Source of the DNA: Actinomycetota bacterium
GTDB lineage: Bacteria; Actinomycetota; Acidimicrobiia; Acidimicrobiales; CADCSY01
DNA length: 64,000 bases
Reading direction: 5' to 3'
Assembly (NCBI GenBank): GCA_016781135.1
Contig: JADDQY010000076.1
Location: 48,632 to 112,631 of the forward strand
Position 1 is the first letter of the stretch. Every line of letters begins with the position of its first letter. A program made the translations under genes and the position numbers. This document shows positions 31,357 through 40,457 of the stretch, one piece after another. Under the pieces are notes generated by a model, which searched no databases, was not told where the DNA came from, and worked only from the letters and a program-made list of their open reading frames with translations.

Positions 31357-31363
31357 CTCGACC

Positions 31364-31753
31364 TCAGTAGGTGGTCGAGGCCCGGAGCTCGGCGAACACC
31401 GCGTCGAGGTCGACCAGGGCGCGACCGTGACGCAAGAGGGCACCGACATCGCCCGCGAGCTGCAGCCGGCCGGTGGTGAAGGCATCCTCGGCGCTGGTCC
31501 CTCCCGTCGCCAGAGCCACGGCCGTGTCCCAGTCGAGCGAGAAGGTGACGTCGGCCGACGGTTCGTCACCGGGGCGGAGCTCGGTGCGCCCGTTGTCGAT
31601 CGACACGACGTAGCGAACCTCGCCGTGGGGGGTGCCGGTGACCACCTGCTGCACCACGAGCCGCACCTCCGCAGTGGCCCGAGCCAATTCGGCGCTGGCC
31701 GCCGCCGCCGCCGCCGCTCGGGCGATCCACTCGGGGCTCAGGAACCGGCTCAC
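31364..31753 (-). CDS. SCP2 sterol-binding-domain protein
   Basis: The product is 129 aa from GTG 31753. FLSPEWI...VRYVVSIDNGRTEL...FSLDWDTAVALATGGTSAEDAFTTGRLQLAGDVGAL is the typical SCP2-fold pattern. Confidence 0.65.
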   Translation of the reverse strand: MSRFLSPEWIARAAAAAAASAELARATAEVRLVVQQVVTGTPHGEVRYVVSIDNGRTELRPGDEPSADVTFSLDWDTAVALATGGTSAEDAFTTGRLQLAGDVGALLRHGRALVDLDAVFAELRASTTY

Positions 31754-31807
31754 CGTCGCATCCTCGCAGCCCCGACGCCTCGTCGCCCCCTCGCTACTCT
31801 GCTCGCC

Positions 31808-32665
31808 GTGGGAGCTCCCGCCGGCGGCGACGAGGGCCGTCACCCTCCTGAGGCCGGCACCACCCGGTGGGAGGAGTCGTGGGACTTCGCGTTCCACACC
31901 GAGGGAGGCGACCTCGGCGGCTACCTGCGCATCGGCTTGCACCCCGCCCTCGAGGTCGCCTGGTGCTGGGCCGCCCTGGTGGGCCGCAGGCGCCCCCTGC
32001 TGACCGTGGTCGACCTGGACGTGGCCCTGCCCCGGGGCCCCGGCCTCGACCTGCGAGCTGAGGGCTTGTGGGCGATGGCCGAGCAGGAGACGCCGATGGA
32101 GCACTGGACGGTGGGGCTGGAGGCCTTCGGGGTGGCCCTCGACGACCCGACCGAGGTCTGGCGCTCGGGGCGAGGCGATCGCCGCGCCCTCGGCTTCGAC
32201 CTCGAATGGGAGACCACCGGCGGGCCCGCGCTGCTCGCCCTCGCCGGCGCCGGGTACCACCTACCATGCGCGGTCCACGGCGAGGTGCTGGTGGACGACG
32301 ACATCATCACCGTGGCCGGCTGGGGTGCTCGCAGCCACGCCTGGGGTGAGCGCGACTGGTGGGGCCGGTCGTGGTGCACCACCAGCGGCCGCTTCGACGA
32401 CGGCACCAGCTGGTACGGCGAACGACTCGAAGTCCGAGCCAACCCGGGCCCTGGCGTCCTGCCCCGACCGGTCACGGTGGAGCTCGGCGCCGGCCTCGCG
32501 GTGGCCGTGCAGCCCCTGCACCACGCTCCGGTGCGCCTCGACGCCCCCGGGCGCGGCTGCGCCCAGCTGGCCCGAGCGCTGTGCCTGGGCACCGCGACCG
32601 ACGGTCGCAGCGGCGTCGGCTGGACGGAGTGGAACCGCCCCCTGGCCCCTGGCGCTCCCGGGTAG
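31808..32665 (+). CDS. Hypothetical protein (Trp-rich, soluble)
   Basis: This is the C-terminal ~285 codons of track ORF 31427..32665 and has high GC3. It contains ...WEESWDFAFHTEGGDLGGYLRIGLHP... I cannot name a family with confidence. The start (GTG 31808) is uncertain. Confidence 0.45.
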   Translation: MGAPAGGDEGRHPPEAGTTRWEESWDFAFHTEGGDLGGYLRIGLHPALEVAWCWAALVGRRRPLLTVVDLDVALPRGPGLDLRAEGLWAMAEQETPMEHWTVGLEAFGVALDDPTEVWRSGRGDRRALGFDLEWETTGGPALLALAGAGYHLPCAVHGEVLVDDDIITVAGWGARSHAWGERDWWGRSWCTTSGRFDDGTSWYGERLEVRANPGPGVLPRPVTVELGAGLAVAVQPLHHAPVRLDAPGRGCAQLARALCLGTATDGRSGVGWTEWNRPLAPGAPG

Positions 32666-32778
32666 GCGGGTGGCGCTCGCCAACAGGGCCGGAACGCCGT
32701 CGCCCCGGCCCTGTTCGAGCTCTTTGGCCGGCCGACACTGGCCCACCCGGGGGTCGGTCCTGGTCGATAGGCGGCGTC

Positions 32779-34326
32779 TCAGCCGAAGGCCAGCGGCGGG
32801 TTGAACGGTGTCAGCAACACCGACAGCGTGCCGTCGTCGAGGACCCCGCTCTCGGGCAGGCGAGCCCGGGCCTGGTAGGCCTGGAGGGCGCCGGTGGTGA
32901 CCTCGTCCCAGGTGCCACTGGCCGGCACGGGGTGGCCGAGCTTGGTGAGCTGGGCCTGCAACGCCCGCACCTGGTCGGCGCCCAGTTCGTGAGGGGCCTT
33001 CGCTTCCCAGCGGAACTCGGGAGCGGTCTCGATGGCTCCCCAGATGGCTTCGGTGGCGTGCTGCCACGACCAGAACGAGGCTCCCGCCGCCCCTACCTGC
33101 TGGGCGGCGCCGAGGAAGCGCTGGATCTCATCGGGGGGCGGAGGCCCGGGACGCCCGCCTTCGGGACCTCCGTCGTACGCCTGGCCGATGGGGATCACCG
33201 GCTTGCCGAACCGCGAGAGGTAGGCAACGTCGTTGGTCACATCGCTGTCGGGCTGGCGGTTGAGCCAGTAGGTCATGGGCGCCACCGCGTCGTAGGGCGG
33301 GATCACCGCCTGGTAGGGGTAGTCGACCTGGCGCTTGGGCGAGGGGCGGGGTACCACTGCCACCAGGGGGTACGTCGGTCCGACTACGGCTCGCAGCCGC
33401 TCCCCGTAGGCGGCCGCCCCCTCAGCGGTGAGGTTGGTGCCCTCCGCCGGCGTCTCGATGTCGGCGGCGAACCCGTCGATGCGGTCGCCGGTCGGCGTGG
33501 TGTAGGTGATCGCCGCCACCGAGCGGGCGACATCGGCGTCGACGTCGTCGAGGTAGGGGAAGTCCCAGCCGTACACCCTGATCCCGGCGGCGTGGGCCTT
33601 GGGGAGGAGCTCGTCCATGTAGGCCTGGGCGTAGAAGCCCTGGCGCGACGACCCGGTGCGGACGTAGACATGGGTGAGACCCACCTTTTCGGCCCTGGTT
33701 ACCAGGGCGTCGACGTTGCCGCCTTCGATCTCCTCTGGAACGTAGAGCCACATGCCCTTGCCCAGGGGCAGCGCCCCGCGGTCACTGGGCACGACGATGC
33801 CGGGTTCGGCGACGCTGCCGGTGACGGCAGAACGGCTGACCCGGCTGAGCCGCACGCCCCCGACCGCCTCCCTGGGGATGGGAGCGACGGCGTTGTTGGC
33901 CGGCGCTGCCGGTGGGGGGTCGGCCGGCACCGAGACCCGCTGGAGCCGCCGCTCGGCCCCTTCGCCCGACCACCAACCCTGCGGCCGCCCGCCATGCCCG
34001 CTCTCGTCCTCGTTGCGGTCGTGGTCAGGGCTCTCCCGGCCGAGGGGCGGCAGGACCGCCACCGGGGCGTCGACCCCCAGCACCCTGGCCACGACGGCGC
34101 GCTCCAGGGTGGCGGTCGGTGTCCCGGCGAGCTCGGCCAGGGCGACCAGCCCGAGGGTCGACACGGTGGCGGAGGCGAGCACCACCCCGGCTGCCGCCCA
34201 GGCTCGGTTCACCCTCGTCGGCGAGCCGACCAGCGCCGGGGACTCGTCGGTCAGGTTCACCGCCGCGGCGGTCGTCGCCCCGGCTGTCGCCAGGCGCGCC
34301 CAAATTGGTGACGTCGCTGCCATCAC
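32779..34326 (-). CDS. Membrane-anchored protein with a putative glycoside-hydrolase-like TIM-barrel region and a C-terminal peptidoglycan-binding domain
   Basis: It has an N-terminal TM segment (AWAAAGVVLASATVSTLGLVALA). The central region reads GMWLYVPEE...THVYVRTGSS...IRVYGWDFPY...DGFAADIE. The C-terminal LQAQLTKLGHPVPASGTWDEVTTGALQAYQARARLPESGVLDDGT matches the PG_binding_1 pattern. Confidence 0.62.
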   Translation of the reverse strand: MMAATSPIWARLATAGATTAAAVNLTDESPALVGSPTRVNRAWAAAGVVLASATVSTLGLVALAELAGTPTATLERAVVARVLGVDAPVAVLPPLGRESPDHDRNEDESGHGGRPQGWWSGEGAERRLQRVSVPADPPPAAPANNAVAPIPREAVGGVRLSRVSRSAVTGSVAEPGIVVPSDRGALPLGKGMWLYVPEEIEGGNVDALVTRAEKVGLTHVYVRTGSSRQGFYAQAYMDELLPKAHAAGIRVYGWDFPYLDDVDADVARSVAAITYTTPTGDRIDGFAADIETPAEGTNLTAEGAAAYGERLRAVVGPTYPLVAVVPRPSPKRQVDYPYQAVIPPYDAVAPMTYWLNRQPDSDVTNDVAYLSRFGKPVIPIGQAYDGGPEGGRPGPPPPDEIQRFLGAAQQVGAAGASFWSWQHATEAIWGAIETAPEFRWEAKAPHELGADQVRALQAQLTKLGHPVPASGTWDEVTTGALQAYQARARLPESGVLDDGTLSVLLTPFNPPLAFG

Positions 34327-34471
34327 CTGCTCCGTCTCTCAGTACAGCTCGTGCTCGATGAGTGACGGAGGGTGGGAAAATCGGCAGTTCGTCGCTCGGT
34401 CGGGCATTGTGACAGGCCGGAGGCCGCCTGTCAGCCCAAAAGTGAAACTTTCTTCCCGGACCTCGGAGCCT

Positions 34472-35197
34472 TCAAACCCGGTCCGAGAGGATCGTCCGCT
34501 TCACCTCCTGGATGGCCTCGGTGACCCGGATGCCGCGGGGGCAGGCATTGGTGCAGTTGAACGCCGTGCGACACCGCCACACTCCGGAGCGGTCGCTCAG
34601 GACCTCGAGGCGATCGGCGGTGCCCTCGTCGCGCGAGTCGAAGATGAAGCGGTGGGCCTGCACGATGGCGGCGGGGCCGACGTAGCTGCCGTTGGGCCAG
34701 AACACCGGGCACGACGTGGTGCAGGCGGCGCAGAGGATGCACTTGGTCGTGTCGTCGAAGCGCGCCCGCTGCTCGGGGCTCTGCCGTCGTTCGGTGTAGC
34801 CGGGGTCGCCCTCGGCCACCAGCCAGGGGAGCACCGATCGGTACTGGGCGAAGAACGGCTGCATGTCGACCACCAAGTCCTTGACCACCGGGAGCCCACG
34901 AATGGCCTCCACGGTGACGTCGGGGCCGGTGGCGCTGAGCAGCACCTGGCAGGCCAGCCCGTTGGCGCCGTTGATCACCATGGCGTCGGAGCCGCACACT
35001 CCGTGGGCGCACGACCGGCGGAAGCTCAGCGACCCGTCCTGGTGCCACTTGGCCTGGTGGAGCACGTCGAGCACGCGGTCGGTGGGCTCCATGCCCTCGA
35101 CGGTGAAGACCTGCCAGTGGGGCTTGCGGTCGACCGCCGGGTTGAAGCGCTTCACCCGGAGGGTCACGGTGAGGATGTCGGCGGCCACCTGCTCCAT
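34472..35197 (-). CDS. sdhB: Succinate dehydrogenase / fumarate reductase iron-sulfur subunit
   Basis: The product is 241 aa from ATG 35197. It has three Fe-S cluster motifs: SCAHGVCGSDAMVING, CILCAACTTSCP, and CRTAFNCTNACPRGI. Confidence 0.93.
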   Translation of the reverse strand: MEQVAADILTVTLRVKRFNPAVDRKPHWQVFTVEGMEPTDRVLDVLHQAKWHQDGSLSFRRSCAHGVCGSDAMVINGANGLACQVLLSATGPDVTVEAIRGLPVVKDLVVDMQPFFAQYRSVLPWLVAEGDPGYTERRQSPEQRARFDDTTKCILCAACTTSCPVFWPNGSYVGPAAIVQAHRFIFDSRDEGTADRLEVLSDRSGVWRCRTAFNCTNACPRGIRVTEAIQEVKRTILSDRV

Positions 35198-35261
35198 TGT
35201 GGAGGCTCGGCATCGCTCGGTGACCTCCAGGCTCGGAGAATTCCACCGGAAGAAGCCGTCG

Positions 35262-37055
35262 TCAGTACTTGCGCTCCATCGGCTCGTAGAGCCCGCCGTC
35301 CACCGGCTTGTACGACAGGCGCACCGAGCCGTCGGCCTCGCGGTGGGCCAGGGTGTGGCGCATCCAGTTGGCGTCGTCGCGACTGGGATGATCGTCGCGG
35401 AAGTGCGCGCCACGGCTCTCGGTGCGGGCCCGGGCCGACACCACCAGCGTCTCGGCCAGGTCGAGCAGGTAGCCGAGCTCGAGGGCCTCGGTGAGGTCGT
35501 AGTTGAACACTGCGCCCTTGTCGTCGATGACCGCGTCGCCGTAGCGGGCACGAAGCTCCCCGAGGTGGCCGGCGACCTTGGTCAGACTCTCCTCGGTGCG
35601 GAACACCGACGCCTCCAGCATCATGTGCTCCTGCAGCTGGTGGCGCACGACGGCCACTCGCTCGCCTCCCGAAGAGGCCTTCAGGGCCTCGATCCGGCGG
35701 CGCACGTCGCCCCCGGCGTCGGCCGGGAGGTCGGGCTGGGAGGCGTCGGCCACGAACGCGGCCATGGCCCGCCCCCCCCGGCGCCCGAACACCACGATGT
35801 CGAGCAGCGAGTTGGTGCCCAAGCGGTTGGCCCCGTGCACCGAGACGCAGGCGCACTCGCCGGCGGCGTACAGACCGGGCACGGTGGTGCCGGCGGCGTC
35901 GATCACCACCTCGGCGTCGAGGTTGGTCGGGATCCCGCCCATGGCGTAGTGGGCGGTGGGCTGGATGGGGATGAGGTCAATCTTGGGCTCGAGGCCCTGG
36001 TAGGTGCGCACGAAGTCGGCGATGTCGGGGAGCTTGGCGTCGATCTGGTCGGGGGGAAGGTGGGTGAGGTCGAGGTGGAGGAAGTCGGCGTCGGGGCCCA
36101 GGCCCCGGCCTTCCCGGATCTCGGTGAGCATGGCTCGTGAGACGAGGTCGCGCGGCGCCAGGTCCTTCACCGTGGGGGCGTAGCGCTCCATGAACCGCTC
36201 GCCCTGGGCGTTGCGCAGCACCCCCCCTTCGCCCCGCGCCGCTTCCGAGAGCAGGATGCCCAGCTTGTAGATGCCCGTGGGGTGGAACTGGAAGAACTCC
36301 ATGTCCTGGAGCGGGATCCCCCGGCGGAACAGCAGCCCGGGCCCGTCACCGGTCAGGGCGTGGGCGTTGGAGGTGACCTTGAACACCTTGCCGAACCCGC
36401 CCGTGGCGAACAGCAGCGCCTTGGTGGCGAAGACGTGGAGGTCGCCGGTGGCCAGCTCGTAGGCCACGACCCCCGCCACCCGCCCGTCGTCGAGGACCAC
36501 GTCGAGGGCCATGAGCTCGTCGAAGAAGGTGACGCCCCGCTTGACGCACTGCTGGTAGAGCGTCTGGAGGATCATGTGGCCGGTGCGGTCGGCGGAGTAG
36601 CAGGCCCGGCGCACCGGGGCCTGGCCGTGGTTTCGGGTGTGACCGCCGAAGCGGCGTTGGTCGATGCGGCCGTCGGTGGTGCGGTTGAACGGCAGGCCGA
36701 AGTGCTCGAGCTCGATCACCGCGTCGACCGCCTCGGCGCACATGACCCGGGCAGCGGTCTGGTCGACGAGGTAGTCGCCGCCTTTGATCGTGTCGAAGGT
36801 GTGCCACTCCGAGGAGTCCTCCTCCACGTTGGCCAGGGCGGCACACATCCCGCCCTGCGCCGCCCCGGTGTGGGAACGGGTGGGGTGGAGCTTGCTCAAC
36901 ACCGCCGCCCGGCACGTTCCCGCCACCTCGATGGCCGCCCGCAGCCCGGCGCCGCCGGCTCCCACGATGACGGCGTCGTAGCGGTGGTGGTGGACGTGCA
37001 CGGGGTCCAGTGTTCCAGGTGCCCCCACCTGGGTTGAGATCAAGGCCAGGGCCAC
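35262..37055 (-). CDS. sdhA: Succinate dehydrogenase / fumarate reductase flavoprotein subunit
   Basis: It contains YDAVIVGAGGAGLRAA, the covalent-FAD region RSHTGAAQGG, HPTG and ESRGAH. The start could be GTG 37055 or the in-frame GTG at 37001. Confidence 0.95.
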   Translation of the reverse strand: MALALISTQVGAPGTLDPVHVHHHRYDAVIVGAGGAGLRAAIEVAGTCRAAVLSKLHPTRSHTGAAQGGMCAALANVEEDSSEWHTFDTIKGGDYLVDQTAARVMCAEAVDAVIELEHFGLPFNRTTDGRIDQRRFGGHTRNHGQAPVRRACYSADRTGHMILQTLYQQCVKRGVTFFDELMALDVVLDDGRVAGVVAYELATGDLHVFATKALLFATGGFGKVFKVTSNAHALTGDGPGLLFRRGIPLQDMEFFQFHPTGIYKLGILLSEAARGEGGVLRNAQGERFMERYAPTVKDLAPRDLVSRAMLTEIREGRGLGPDADFLHLDLTHLPPDQIDAKLPDIADFVRTYQGLEPKIDLIPIQPTAHYAMGGIPTNLDAEVVIDAAGTTVPGLYAAGECACVSVHGANRLGTNSLLDIVVFGRRGGRAMAAFVADASQPDLPADAGGDVRRRIEALKASSGGERVAVVRHQLQEHMMLEASVFRTEESLTKVAGHLGELRARYGDAVIDDKGAVFNYDLTEALELGYLLDLAETLVVSARARTESRGAHFRDDHPSRDDANWMRHTLAHREADGSVRLSYKPVDGGLYEPMERKY

Positions 37056-37093
37056 GAGGCGTGCCGAGGCCGCCCCCGCCGCCCCCTACCCGG

Positions 37094-37690
37094 TCAGCGC
37101 GCCCCCGGCTGGTCCCCGCTCTCCTGATCGTCGGCGCCGCCTCGGATTTGCTCGGGAAGGTGGTCGAACCACTCGAGCACCGCTCGTTCGTATCTGATGC
37201 CGAAGTCGAGAGTGGCACGGGCATGGGGGTCGAGCCCGGCGCCGGCGCCGGCCAGCACTCGTTCGTACTCGGCGAGGCGAGCGGCGTGCACGGTGCGATG
37301 GCTGGCGACGAAGGCAGCGAGGCGCTCGGGGGCCAGGTGCTGGCCGAAGGCGATGGTGAGCAGTAGCGGGTAGCGGATCTGCTCGGGGCCGGGCTCGATT
37401 TCCAACCACCGTCGGAAGGCCTCTCGCCCGGCGTCGGTGAGTGAGAAGGGGCGGCGCTCACGAGGCCCGAGCTCCCCGGCGGCCACCAACCCCGCCCGCT
37501 CCATGGCCGCCAGCTCCCGGTAGACCTGGCTCCTGGTCAGGCTCCAGAAGTCGCCGATGAGGACGTCGGCGGTGCGGACCAGGTCCCATCCGGTCATCGG
37601 CCCGCTGTGGAGGAAGCCCAGCAGCGAGGCGGCGGTCGCGTTCAACGGCCGGTCCTTCACCGTTCCCCCCTTGACCGTCCACTGTGACAT
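37094..37690 (-). CDS. PadR-family transcriptional regulator
   Basis: It has the winged-helix region LLGFLHSGPMTGWDLV...WSLTRSQVYRELAAMERAGLV and a C-terminal dimerisation helix region. It ends 38 bp upstream of sdhA on the same strand. Confidence 0.85.
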   Translation of the reverse strand: MSQWTVKGGTVKDRPLNATAASLLGFLHSGPMTGWDLVRTADVLIGDFWSLTRSQVYRELAAMERAGLVAAGELGPRERRPFSLTDAGREAFRRWLEIEPGPEQIRYPLLLTIAFGQHLAPERLAAFVASHRTVHAARLAEYERVLAGAGAGLDPHARATLDFGIRYERAVLEWFDHLPEQIRGGADDQESGDQPGAR

Positions 37691-37731
37691 GTTACACTCC
37701 TTCCTCGGTCCACTGTGGAGGGTAGGTTCTC

Positions 37732-38250
37732 ATGCTGCGATCGGTGCTGTTGGGCGTGCACATCACCGCCGGGGTGTACGGGCTCGTCCTCGGTCCTGCG
37801 GCCATCCTCGCTGCCGTACGAGGCGGTCGAGCCACCACCGGCGCCGCCGCCTACCAGGTCGCCGTCGCCGTCGTCACCACCACCGCGGTGGGCTTCGCCG
37901 TGCTCGACTGGCGCCGCTGGTGGCCCTTCCTCATCCTGGCGGTGGGCACCGAGTGGGCGGTGGCGGCCGGCTGGCGCGTCCGCCGGCGCCCTCGCCCGGG
38001 CTGGCTGGGCCGCCACATCTGCCTGATCTGCGGCTCCTACGTATCGCTGGTCACGGCCCTCATGGTGGTGAGCTGGGGAACGCGTCTGGCCTGGGTCCTG
38101 GCCACGGTGGTGGGCACGATGCTGATCGAGGTGGTCGCCCACCGGGCCGCCGCCCCCGGCGCTCTTCCGTCCGCTGCCGGTGCTGCCGTCTCGGGGACGG
38201 TGCAACCGCCCGAGCATGGTCAGGAGGGGGCCGATACCACCGTCTCGTAG
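37732..38250 (+). CDS. Hypothetical integral membrane protein (about 4 TM)
   Basis: The 172-aa product has hydrophobic segments (VLLGVHITAGVYGLVLGPAAIL, YQVAVAVVTTTAVGFAVL, WWPFLILAVGTEWAVAAGW, ICGSYVSLVTALMVV...). It is divergent from padR and its 3' end overlaps the convergent GH2 gene by 31 nt. Confidence 0.5.
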   Translation: MLRSVLLGVHITAGVYGLVLGPAAILAAVRGGRATTGAAAYQVAVAVVTTTAVGFAVLDWRRWWPFLILAVGTEWAVAAGWRVRRRPRPGWLGRHICLICGSYVSLVTALMVVSWGTRLAWVLATVVGTMLIEVVAHRAAAPGALPSAAGAAVSGTVQPPEHGQEGADTTVS

Positions 38251-40364
38251 CGGTTGGTCGCCGCCACATCGCCGGCGGTGAGGGTGAGGTCGAGGACGAG
38301 GGGCCCGGGTGCCTCGGGCGTCACCCACTGGAGCGTGCCGACACGGACGCACTCGTCGGCAGGAACCTCCCCGCCGAAGCGCCACTGGTGCTCACCGCCG
38401 GGCCACGACAGCCGCGCCTCCACCACCGCCCCCAGGAGGGGCGCCCGCAGATCGCTCACGACGTGCACGTCGAGGGCGATGGAAGCCCCGGGCGCCACCG
38501 CCGGAGGAAGCCGCTCGGCCACCACGATCACCGAACGGCAGGCCTGGACGAGGGCGTGGAACCCGGCCTTGGGCGTCCGGCGATGGTCGAGCACGGCCCA
38601 GGTGACGCCGGGGTGCCCGTCACCGAAGGCGAACAGGCAGAACCCCCCCGTGGGCCGGTACTTGAGCCGGCGCAGGGTCTCCACGTGGTGCTTGACCACC
38701 CGGGCCTGGTAGGCCTGGGTGGCGTCCCGCCAGTCCTCGAAGGTGGCGTGGTCGGCCGGGGGCACGTAGCGGTCGAAGCGGGCCTTCTGCAGGTTGTGAG
38801 CGCGCCCCAGGCGCTTCCAGTCCAGGTCGGGCCACCGGTCGGGCTCGCAGAACGACGCGTCGTCGGGTACCGCCTGGGCCCCGAACTCACTGACGAAGCG
38901 AGCGAGGCGGGGCATCACCCGCAACGCCGCCGGAAAGGTCCGCTCGTCGCCGTAGTACCACCCGAAGTAGAGGTGGCTGTCGGTGCCTCCGGAGCCCGGG
39001 CGGGGCAGGGCGCCCGAGTGGGGCAGCACCCGCCGGGTGCCGTCGACCTCCTCGAGCGCCCGGCTGACGTGGCGGTCGAGCACCGAGCGGTTCCAGTTGG
39101 GCAGCTCCTGTTTCATCGTGAAGCGGATGAGCTGGCGGAAGGCCTCGCGGCGACTGACCGTCTGCCCGAGGTCGACGTCGATCGGCATCGGCTCGTTGTG
39201 GGCGCACCACAGGGCGATGGAGGGGTGGTGGCCGAGCAGGTCGACGGCCGCCCGAGCCTGGATCTCCGCCCTGCCCCGCACGGAGCGGGCGTAGCCCCAC
39301 TGCAGCGGCAGGTCCTGCCAGACGAGGAGACCCTGCTCGTCGGCTGCCTCGTAGAGCTCGGGTCGGCTGATGTGGGCATGCAGTCGCACCAGGTCGAGCC
39401 CGGCCTCCACGGCGAGGGTGACGTCGCCTCGGACCTCGTCGGCGCTGGCGTCGCCGAGGGCCATGCGGGTCGGGCCCTGGTTGGCCCCCTTCAGGAACAA
39501 CCGCTCGCCGTTGACCGAGAGCACCCAGTCGTCCCAGGTGACGGTGCGCAGGCCGACCCGCCGCTCGACGCTGTGGCTGGTACGGCCGTCGACGTCGACC
39601 TCGACGCGCAGGGTGTGCAGCGGCTGGGCACCGAGCGCACGGGGCCACCACAGCTCGGGCTCGGGCACGGTGAGGGTCCAGTCGAGGAAGTTCGCCCCCG
39701 TGGCCAGGGTGTGGTCGACCACCTCCTCGACCGTGGCGAGCGAGGTGCGGAGACGGACCACCCGCATGCCGTCGCTGTCGAGCTCCGCATGCAGCTTCAC
39801 CGTTGCCGCCCGGGCGTCAGCCGCCGAGCACAGCACCCGCAGGTTGCGCAGCCGGACGGGACCGGTGCGCTCGAAGCGCAGCGAGCGCCAGATGCCCCCG
39901 GGGTTCCAATCGGGGTCGAGGCAGTCCCAGTGCTGGAAGACGCCGGTGACGTTCCGCTTGGCGGTGAGATCGCTCTCCGGCGAGCACTCCACCTCGACGC
40001 CGATCAGGTGCTCCGAGGACGAGCGCGCGCATTCGGTGACCTCGAAGGCGTGAGGGACGAAGTAGCCCTCGGTATCGCCGAGGTAGCGCCCGTCGAGCCA
40101 AACGTCGCCGTGGTAGAACAGCCCGTCGAGCACCAGCCAAGCTCGGTCGTCGCCCTCGGGGGCTGCCAGCTCGGCCCGGCGCCGGTACAGCACGGGGCCG
40201 TCGCTGTCGGCGAAGGCGGGATGTGAGCGCCAGTGGCCCGGCACCACCAGCTCGTCCCAGCCGTCGTCGTCGAGCTCCGGGGAGGGGAACGCCAGCCGCA
40301 GCTTGGGATCGGACGGCGCCGCCCGCCAGCGGCCGCCCAAGTCCAGCACCTCGGGCCGCGTCAT
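38220..40364 (-). CDS. Glycoside hydrolase family 2 protein (beta-mannosidase/beta-galactosidase-like)
   Basis: The 714-aa product has the GH2 sugar-binding N-domain pattern (WDELVVPGHWRSH..., LVLDGLFYHGDVWLDGRYLG) and a TIM-barrel region (VRLHAHISRPELYEAADEQGLLVWQD ... WCAHNEP). No signal peptide is evident. Confidence 0.8.
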   Translation of the reverse strand: MTRPEVLDLGGRWRAAPSDPKLRLAFPSPELDDDGWDELVVPGHWRSHPAFADSDGPVLYRRRAELAAPEGDDRAWLVLDGLFYHGDVWLDGRYLGDTEGYFVPHAFEVTECARSSSEHLIGVEVECSPESDLTAKRNVTGVFQHWDCLDPDWNPGGIWRSLRFERTGPVRLRNLRVLCSAADARAATVKLHAELDSDGMRVVRLRTSLATVEEVVDHTLATGANFLDWTLTVPEPELWWPRALGAQPLHTLRVEVDVDGRTSHSVERRVGLRTVTWDDWVLSVNGERLFLKGANQGPTRMALGDASADEVRGDVTLAVEAGLDLVRLHAHISRPELYEAADEQGLLVWQDLPLQWGYARSVRGRAEIQARAAVDLLGHHPSIALWCAHNEPMPIDVDLGQTVSRREAFRQLIRFTMKQELPNWNRSVLDRHVSRALEEVDGTRRVLPHSGALPRPGSGGTDSHLYFGWYYGDERTFPAALRVMPRLARFVSEFGAQAVPDDASFCEPDRWPDLDWKRLGRAHNLQKARFDRYVPPADHATFEDWRDATQAYQARVVKHHVETLRRLKYRPTGGFCLFAFGDGHPGVTWAVLDHRRTPKAGFHALVQACRSVIVVAERLPPAVAPGASIALDVHVVSDLRAPLLGAVVEARLSWPGGEHQWRFGGEVPADECVRVGTLQWVTPEAPGPLVLDLTLTAGDVAATNRYETVVSAPS

Positions 40365-40457
40365 CGCCGGACGCTACCCCTTCGGCGAACGTTGGTCGGT
40401 CAACGCCCGCCGGTGACGCCGTCGGCCGAGAGAACGGGGAGAGGAGCCACGGCTACC

